A stretch of DNA of 64,000 nucleotides from an uncultured Nitrospiraceae bacterium (GTDB taxonomy: Bacteria > Nitrospirota > Thermodesulfovibrionia > Thermodesulfovibrionales > Dissulfurispiraceae), in NCBI GenBank assembly GCA_963705105.1, contig CAVPIW010000006.1:192001-256000 (forward strand), in the 5' to 3' direction. This document shows positions 57,932-64,000 of this stretch, one piece after another; the first letter of the stretch is position 1, and every line of letters starts with the position of its first letter. The notes under the pieces are model-generated. The model made no database searches and was not told the DNA's origin. It was given only the letters and a program-made list of their open reading frames with translations. The translations under genes and the position numbers were made by a program.

Positions 57932-59178
57932 GCGACAAGAGAAGGGTCGTCGTAACGGGACTGGGAAATATCGCCCCGATCGGCATCGGCACGGAGGCGG
58001 CGTGGCAGGCCGCGCTCGCCGGTAAATCGGGGATCTGCCCCATCACGCAGTTCGACGCTTCATCCATCCCGGTGCGTATCGCCGGGGAGGTGAAGGGATT
58101 CAATCCCGAGGACTACATCGAGCCGAAAGAGATCAAGAAGATGGACCGGTTCATCCATTTCGCAATCGCCGCCTCTGCGATGGCCATGAAGGACTCGGGT
58201 TTCAAGGTCACCGACGAGAACGCGGAGCGGGTCGGCGTCATCATCGGTTCAGGCATCGGCGGACTCCCTGCCATCGAGCACTACCACAAGGCGCTGCTCG
58301 AAAAGGGGTACCGCCGCATATCGCCCTTCTTCATCCCCATGCTCATCGTCAACCTCGCGGCGGGCAACGTCTCCATCCGCCTCGGCGCGAAGGGACCCAA
58401 CACCGCCGTGTCGACGGCCTGTGCGACGGGCAGCCATGCCATCGGCGACGCCTACAAGATCATCCAGCGCGGGGATGCCGATGTCATGGTCGCCGGGGGC
58501 GCGGAAGCGGTGGTCACCGCCCTCGGGATAGCCGGCTTCGCCGTCATGAAGGCGCTGTCCACGAGAAACGACGAGCCCGAGAAGGCGAGCAGGCCCTTTG
58601 ACGCCGACCGGGACGGTTTCGTCGTCGGTGAGGGAGCGGGCGTGGTGATCCTCGAGACCCTGGAGAGCGCCCTCGCCAGGAACAGCAGGATATACGCCGA
58701 GATCGTCGGGTACGGCATGTCGAGCGACGCCTACCACATAACGACACCCGCTCCGAACGGCGAGGGGGCGGCGCGCTGTATGAAGGCCGCGCTGAAGGAC
58801 GCCGGTGCGGCGCCTGAAGTGGTCGGATACATCAATGCCCACGGGACGTCGACAAAATACGGCGACGAGCTCGAAACGGCGGCGATAAAGTCCGTTTTTG
58901 GAAAACATGCCTACAATCTCTGCGTCAGCTCGACGAAGTCCATGATCGGCCATCTCCTCGGCGCCGCCGGGGGGGTGGAGGCAGTCTTTACGATCCTCAG
59001 CATCTATCACGGCATGGTTCACCCGACGATCAACCTCGACACTCCCGATCCCGAGTGCGACCTCGATTATGTGCCGCACAAGGCAAGGGCCGTCGACATC
59101 GAGTACGCCCTTTCAAATTCCTTCGGGTTCGGCGGAACGAATGCCTGCCTCCTATTCAGAAAATACCGGGGAGCTTGA
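57928..59178 (+). CDS. fabF: 3-oxoacyl-ACP synthase II
   Basis: [28 protein letters not shown]. Confidence 0.97.
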   Translation: MSDKRRVVVTGLGNIAPIGIGTEAAWQAALAGKSGICPITQFDASSIPVRIAGEVKGFNPEDYIEPKEIKKMDRFIHFAIAASAMAMKDSGFKVTDENAERVGVIIGSGIGGLPAIEHYHKALLEKGYRRISPFFIPMLIVNLAAGNVSIRLGAKGPNTAVSTACATGSHAIGDAYKIIQRGDADVMVAGGAEAVVTALGIAGFAVMKALSTRNDEPEKASRPFDADRDGFVVGEGAGVVILETLESALARNSRIYAEIVGYGMSSDAYHITTPAPNGEGAARCMKAALKDAGAAPEVVGYINAHGTSTKYGDELETAAIKSVFGKHAYNLCVSSTKSMIGHLLGAAGGVEAVFTILSIYHGMVHPTINLDTPDPECDLDYVPHKARAVDIEYALSNSFGFGGTNACLLFRKYRGA

Positions 59179-59845
59179 AGACGCGATCGGTTACCGCTTC
59201 AGGGACAGCCGACTCCTCGTCGAAGCACTGACGCATTCCTCCTATCACAACGAAAACCCCGGCGACTCTCCGGGCCATAACGAACGCCTCGAATTTCTCG
59301 GCGACTCCGTCCTGGGCCTCGCCGTCGCCGAGATCCTCTACCGTGACGCCCTCTCTCTCACCGAAGCGGAGATGTCGAAGATGAGGTCCTACCTCGTCCG
59401 CGAATCGGTCCTGTTCGATGTGGCCTACTTCCTTTCCCTCGGGAAATACCTGAGACTCGGCAGAGGCGAGGAATCGACGGGGGGAAGGCAGAAGAAGTCC
59501 GTCCTCTCCGACGCGCTCGAAGCGCTTGTCGGGGCCGTCTTCCTGGACAGCGGATACGGGACCGTGAAGGACATGGTCGGCAGGCTGCTCGGCGACCGCA
59601 TCGCCATGGTCATCGCGAAGAAGGAGGGGCTCGATTTCAAGAGCGAGTTGCAGGAGCGATGCCAGGGCCTGCTCGGCAAGCCTCCGGACTACAGGATCGT
59701 GAAACAGGAAGGGGAGGAGCACAGGAAAATCTTCACGGCCGAGGTGGTCGTCGACGGTCTCGTGTCGGGCGTCGGGAAGGGGAGGAGCAAGAAAGAGGCG
59801 GAGATGGCTGCAGCGCGGGAAGCACTGAAGAAGATGACACTATGA
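59141..59845 (+). CDS. rnc: Ribonuclease III
   Basis: [19 protein letters not shown]-terminal dsRBD. Confidence 0.96.
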   Translation: MPASYSENTGELEDAIGYRFRDSRLLVEALTHSSYHNENPGDSPGHNERLEFLGDSVLGLAVAEILYRDALSLTEAEMSKMRSYLVRESVLFDVAYFLSLGKYLRLGRGEESTGGRQKKSVLSDALEALVGAVFLDSGYGTVKDMVGRLLGDRIAMVIAKKEGLDFKSELQERCQGLLGKPPDYRIVKQEGEEHRKIFTAEVVVDGLVSGVGKGRSKKEAEMAAAREALKKMTL

Positions 59846-61068
59846 ACAGGCAGGTCCTCTCGTGGTGCCTCTTTGATTTTGCGAATTCGAGCTTTTCCGC
59901 CGTCATCGCCGCCGTCATATTTCCCGTCTATTACACCTCGGTGATCGTCGGCAACGAGTCTGGCCTGGGCGATCTCTGGTGGGGCTGGGCGATATCCCTC
60001 AGCATGGCCGTCGTCGCCTTCTCGTCGCCCTTCCTCGGCGGCATTGCGGACCATGCCCGCATCCGCAAAAGGCTTCTCTTCGTGTACACCCTACTCTGCG
60101 TGACTGCCGTCGCCTCCTTCGCATTTCTCGGTAAGGGAGACGTCGTTGCCGGTTTCGTCCTCATCGTCCTGGCCAACATCGGCATGGAGGGCGGCTTCGT
60201 CTTCTACAACTCCTTCCTGCCCGACATCGCCGAAAGGAGCCACCAGGGGAGGGTTTCCGCCTGGGGCTACGGCGTCGGCTATGCCGGGTCCATCGCATCC
60301 CTTCTCCTGGCCCTGCTGCTTATCAGGCAGGGCCGGATAGAGATGGCATGGCCCATGGTCGCCGCTTTTTTCAGCCTCTTTGCTCTGCCTGCTTTTCTGT
60401 ACCTGCCGAAAGACGAGCGCGGCGGAGAGGGGATCGTCAGAGCCGCCGGGCTCGGCGTGAGTCAGATCTGGAACCGCTTCCGGTCCATCTGGTCGAACAG
60501 GAACGAGAGGAGATTCCTCATCGCCTACCTCATTTATGAGGACGGCGTCAACACCGTCATCGTCTTCTCCAGCATCTTCGCCGCCACGACGCTCCATTTC
60601 CGTCCCGAGGAGCTGATCGCGATGTACCTCATCGTCCAGGTGACGGCCCTGGCCGGCTCCTTCCTCATGGCGCGTCCCATCGACCTGTGGGGGCCGAAGC
60701 GGGTCGTCGTCATCTCCCTGGGACTCTGGATGACCGTCTCGATCGCGGCCTATTTCATCCATGAGAAGGTCCTTTTCTTCGGCCTCGCCTCCGTCGCGGG
60801 ATTCGGTCTCGGCACTGTTCAGGCCTCGTCCAGGGCTTTCTTTACGCAGTTCGTCCCCGACGGCCAGGAATCGGAATACTTCGGCGCCTATGCCCTCGTC
60901 GGCAAATCGTCGTCGATCCTGGGGCCGCTCCTATTCGGATACATCTCCACGGGCTTCGGCAGTCAGCGCCCCGCCATCCTCTCTGTGGCGCTGCTCTTCT
61001 TCGCCGGCCTGCTCATCATCAGGACCGTCGAGGGCGGCAGGCCGAACGTGCAGCGCACTTCCGCATGA
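59842..61068 (+). CDS. MFS transporter (UMF1/Atg22-like)
   Basis: WCLFDFANS, FYNSFLP, DGVNT; about 12 TM. Confidence 0.9.
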   Translation: MNRQVLSWCLFDFANSSFSAVIAAVIFPVYYTSVIVGNESGLGDLWWGWAISLSMAVVAFSSPFLGGIADHARIRKRLLFVYTLLCVTAVASFAFLGKGDVVAGFVLIVLANIGMEGGFVFYNSFLPDIAERSHQGRVSAWGYGVGYAGSIASLLLALLLIRQGRIEMAWPMVAAFFSLFALPAFLYLPKDERGGEGIVRAAGLGVSQIWNRFRSIWSNRNERRFLIAYLIYEDGVNTVIVFSSIFAATTLHFRPEELIAMYLIVQVTALAGSFLMARPIDLWGPKRVVVISLGLWMTVSIAAYFIHEKVLFFGLASVAGFGLGTVQASSRAFFTQFVPDGQESEYFGAYALVGKSSSILGPLLFGYISTGFGSQRPAILSVALLFFAGLLIIRTVEGGRPNVQRTSA

Positions 61069-61139
61069 AATCGGCCATTGTTTTTCTGGTCGCATTCTTG
61101 AGTTCCATACTTTGGGTGCGGCAGTTCATCAAGTGATTC

Positions 61140-61384
61140 TTCGCGTTGCATACGTCATCCGGAAAGGCGGAGCGAAGATGCCACCGCAAGAGTCATTAAG
61201 TCATTAAGTCATTGAGTCATTAAAGTCATTGAGTCATTAAAGTCATTGTCGGCAGTCGACAGTCGGAACAAGGTCACGAATACCAGGACGGCAGCGTCGA
61301 TATAAAAACGATTCCTTTCACTGACACTCACACTGACACTGTTTTCAGAGCGCTTCGCCCCGCCTTTTTGTGCAACTGCAGGGT
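61140..61384. mobile_element. Modular element copy I (AGTCATT tandem repeat + M4 + hexamer block)
   Basis: Ends CGTTGCATACGTCATCCGGAAAGGCGG / CTTCGCCCCGCCTTTTTGTGCAACTGCAGGGT. Confidence 0.8.
61191..61248 (+). repeat. Tandem repeat, 7 x AGTCATT(A/G/AA)
   Basis: Read directly from the sequence. Confidence 0.95.
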
Positions 61385-61659
61385 GATCCCTCGTCTCAAC
61401 TGTTGGGAAAAGACATCATGAAGGCAAACAACCTGCACACAGATTCGCCCCCCTGTCTTTTCGGGACTGTCGGCGAGAGTGTCTGCCTTGACACTCTGTT
61501 GTCTGTTGCGGCGGAATTTGTAATTCCCTGGCCGTATGTGATAGAATTTTAAGCTTTTTTACCGCTTTTGGAATCTTGAAACGGTGCGCTGTATCTGTTT
61601 GAAAAATAGATTGCAATCATGACTGAAAGGTATTTACAGAGGAGAGGAAGGTTTTGCAT

Positions 61660-62250
61660 ATGGAGACGATGAGCATTCTCTTTGCAGGGGTCGGTGGTCA
61701 GGGTATCGTGCTGGCCAGTAAGATTGTCGCCAAGACCGCTTTTCACGCCGGTTTGATGGTCAAGGAGAGCGAACTGCACGGCATGGCGCAGCGCGGTGGG
61801 AGCGTCATAAGCCACGTCCGCTTCGGTAGCGAGGTTCACTCGCCCCTGATCCCCCGCGGAAAGGCAGATATTCTCGTGGCCCTCGAAGAATTGGAAGGCC
61901 TGCGGTCCCTTCCCTACGTGAAAAAGGGAGGGCGGGTGATCATCAATAAGAAGCAGGTCATGCCGTCGTCTCTCGAGGCCGGGGCGCCCGGTTATCCGGA
62001 GGACGTGCGGGAGCGCTTCGAGGCGATGGGCATCGCCGTCGACAGCGTGAACGCCCTGGAGATCGCGAAAGGACTCGGCAATCTGAAAGTCGAGAATATC
62101 GTGATCGTCGGCCTCCTCTCGCGATATCTTCCCCTGCCGCTTCCTGCCTGGGAGGCTGCCATCAGGGAGTCGGTCCCCCCCAAAACGATCGATATCAATA
62201 TGCAGGGCTTTCAGAAGGGCAGGGAGCTGTTCGCCGGGCAGCCTGCATAA
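61660..62250 (+). CDS. iorB: Indolepyruvate:ferredoxin oxidoreductase beta subunit
   Basis: AGVGGQG, ELHGMAQRGGSV, SPLI. Confidence 0.9.
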   Translation: METMSILFAGVGGQGIVLASKIVAKTAFHAGLMVKESELHGMAQRGGSVISHVRFGSEVHSPLIPRGKADILVALEELEGLRSLPYVKKGGRVIINKKQVMPSSLEAGAPGYPEDVRERFEAMGIAVDSVNALEIAKGLGNLKVENIVIVGLLSRYLPLPLPAWEAAIRESVPPKTIDINMQGFQKGRELFAGQPA

Positions 62251-62310
62251 CGTTGTTCACTGCTGCAATTGCCCGGACCGCAAGACATTATTAAAGAGAG
62301 AGGTGGATGC

Positions 62311-63603
62311 ATGTTTTGGCAGAAGGATTTGGAAACGATCAGCCGTGACGCCCTCGTCACGCTCCAGATAGAGAGGCTCCGCGAAACGGCAAAGCGCGTC
62401 TACGATAACGTTCCTTTCTACAGGGCGAAATTCGATGAACTGTCGGTGAAGCCCGAAGACATCCGGTCCCTCGATGACATCAGGAATCTTCCCTTTACGA
62501 CACGCGATGACCTCCGCGCAAATTATCCCTTCGGGCTTTGCGCGCTCCCCAAAGACGAAATCGTCCGTCTCCACACGTCGACAGGGACGACGGGAAAACC
62601 CAAGGCGATCCTTTTTTCGAGAAACGACATCGACCGCGGCGCCGACCTGATCGCCCGGTGCCTGACCATGACGGGGATGCGAAAGGACGACATCCTCCAG
62701 AATATGATGACCTATGGATTGTTCACAGGCGCCCTCGTCATGCACTACGGCGCCGAAAAGGTGGGGGTCCTCATCATCCCTGCAGGCCCGGGGAATACGG
62801 ACAGGCAGATCACCCTGATGGAGGATTTTCAGTCGACGGCCCTTCACCTTACCCCGAGCTACGCCCTGTACATCGCCGAGGTTCTCCAGAAAAGGGGCAT
62901 CGACCCCCGGAAGGACCTGTCCCTGAAAAGGGCCTATCTGGGCGCCGAGCCCTATTCGGAGGAAACGAGGAAGAAGATAGAAGGCATGCTCGGGATCGAT
63001 GTATACAACTCATTCGGTCTGTCGGAAATGAACGGCCCCGGCGTCGCCTTCGAGTGCGCCGAGAAGAACGGCATGCACCTCTGGGAGGACAACTTTCTCC
63101 TGGAGGTCATTAATCCCGATACGGGTGAGGCGGTGCCTGACGGAGAGGACGGCGAGCTCGTCATGACATCCCTCTGCAGGGAGGCGATGCCGATTTTACG
63201 GTACCGGACAAAGGACCTCGCGTCCGTCATGACCGGCGAGTGCCCCTGCGGCAGGACGCACCGCCGCATATCCCGCATCAAGGGCAGGGCCGACGACATG
63301 TTCATCGTCCGCGGCGTGAACATATTCCCGCAGGAGATCGAGAGGGTGCTCATGGGCATCAAGGGTGTCGCCCAGAATTACCTCATCCACCTCGATGCGT
63401 ACGACCAGATGACGGTGAGGGTGGAAATCGCCAAGGACATCTTCGACGGCAGGATCGATCATCTCGTCAGCCTCAGGACGCTCATAACGAACAGGCTGAA
63501 ATCGGAGATCCTCGTGACGCCGAAAGTGGAGCTCCTGGAGCCGGGCACCCTGCCTGTCAGCGAGGGAAAGGCAAAGCGTGTCATTGATGAGAGAACACTT
63601 TAA
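62311..63603 (+). CDS. paaK: Phenylacetate--CoA ligase
   Basis: HTSTGTTGKP, YGLFTG, FGLSE, RYRTKD, GRADDM, GKAKRVID. Confidence 0.92.
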   Translation: MFWQKDLETISRDALVTLQIERLRETAKRVYDNVPFYRAKFDELSVKPEDIRSLDDIRNLPFTTRDDLRANYPFGLCALPKDEIVRLHTSTGTTGKPKAILFSRNDIDRGADLIARCLTMTGMRKDDILQNMMTYGLFTGALVMHYGAEKVGVLIIPAGPGNTDRQITLMEDFQSTALHLTPSYALYIAEVLQKRGIDPRKDLSLKRAYLGAEPYSEETRKKIEGMLGIDVYNSFGLSEMNGPGVAFECAEKNGMHLWEDNFLLEVINPDTGEAVPDGEDGELVMTSLCREAMPILRYRTKDLASVMTGECPCGRTHRRISRIKGRADDMFIVRGVNIFPQEIERVLMGIKGVAQNYLIHLDAYDQMTVRVEIAKDIFDGRIDHLVSLRTLITNRLKSEILVTPKVELLEPGTLPVSEGKAKRVIDERTL

Positions 63604-63621
63604 GGTCGACAAGGAGCAGGT

Positions 63622-64000
63622 ATGGCTGGATTGAAACAGATTTCCGTTTTTGCTGAAAACAAGCCGGGAAAACTCGAAAAGATAACGAAGGTTCTCGCAG
63701 ATGAGGGAGTCAATATCACCGCAATCTCGATCTCGAGCACCAACGGGTTCGGCGTCATCCGTTTTCTCGTGGACGAAACGCAGAAGGCTTTCGACAGCCT
63801 CAGGCAGAAGGGCTTCACCGTCTCGATCACCGAGGTGCTCGCCCTCGCTCTGGAGGACAGACCGGGGGGATTACATGCCGTCGCCAAGAAGATGTCTGAC
63901 AACGGCATCAACATGGAGAATGCCCATGTACTCGTCCTGAAACAACGGGAACACGCGTATCTGGTCGTCGAGGTGGAAGACGTGGAGGGTGCTACAGCAA
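63622..64000 (+). CDS. ACT-domain protein, 3' end outside window
   Basis: MAGLKQISVFAENKPGKL...GVNI...EDRPGGL tandem ACT pattern; RBS AAGGAG. Confidence 0.88.
   Translation, partial: MAGLKQISVFAENKPGKLEKITKVLADEGVNITAISISSTNGFGVIRFLVDETQKAFDSLRQKGFTVSITEVLALALEDRPGGLHAVAKKMSDNGINMENAHVLVLKQREHAYLVVEVEDVEGATA

Overview
A GC-rich bacterial chromosomal window. Its gene content (DUF3786, DUF2155, sigma-54 regulators, group 3b [NiFe] hydrogenase, futalosine-type prenyltransferase, iorB-paaK-ACT) resembles an anaerobic Nitrospirota/Desulfobacterota-type organism; this is inference only. Housekeeping and metabolic content: tilS, a DegP/DegQ protease, panC, glgC, fabG-acpP-fabF-rnc, a TolC/HlyD/ABC-2 exporter, a hydrogenase operon, a Ni/Co ECF uptake operon, several histidine kinases and NtrC-type regulators, tRNA-Leu(TAA) and tRNA-Ser(GCT). 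The most unusual content is outside the annotated ORFs. (1) About 10 copies of a small inverted-repeat element share ends (ACC-N5/6-GTTGCA...AAAGGCGGGG) but carry interchangeable internal modules; one pair of ends brackets a whole gene, and one copy sits in frame at the start of a gene. (2) (C/G)AGTGT hexamer blocks are dispersed and also amplified into higher-order tandem arrays. (3) A well-formed integron attC site closes a toxin-antitoxin cassette, with no integrase in the window. (4) A candidate sigma-54-dependent small RNA lies just downstream of an HK-HK-NtrC locus. (5) An attenuator-like leader precedes a CbiM-DUF4198 fusion that has an internal signal-peptide-like segment. (6) Two apparent complete genes are missing from the ORF track: a CTG-start DUF488 gene and a 52-aa Cys-rich protein. 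No CRISPR array, transposase, integrase or reverse transcriptase was seen. All family assignments are from motif recognition by eye; no searches were run.
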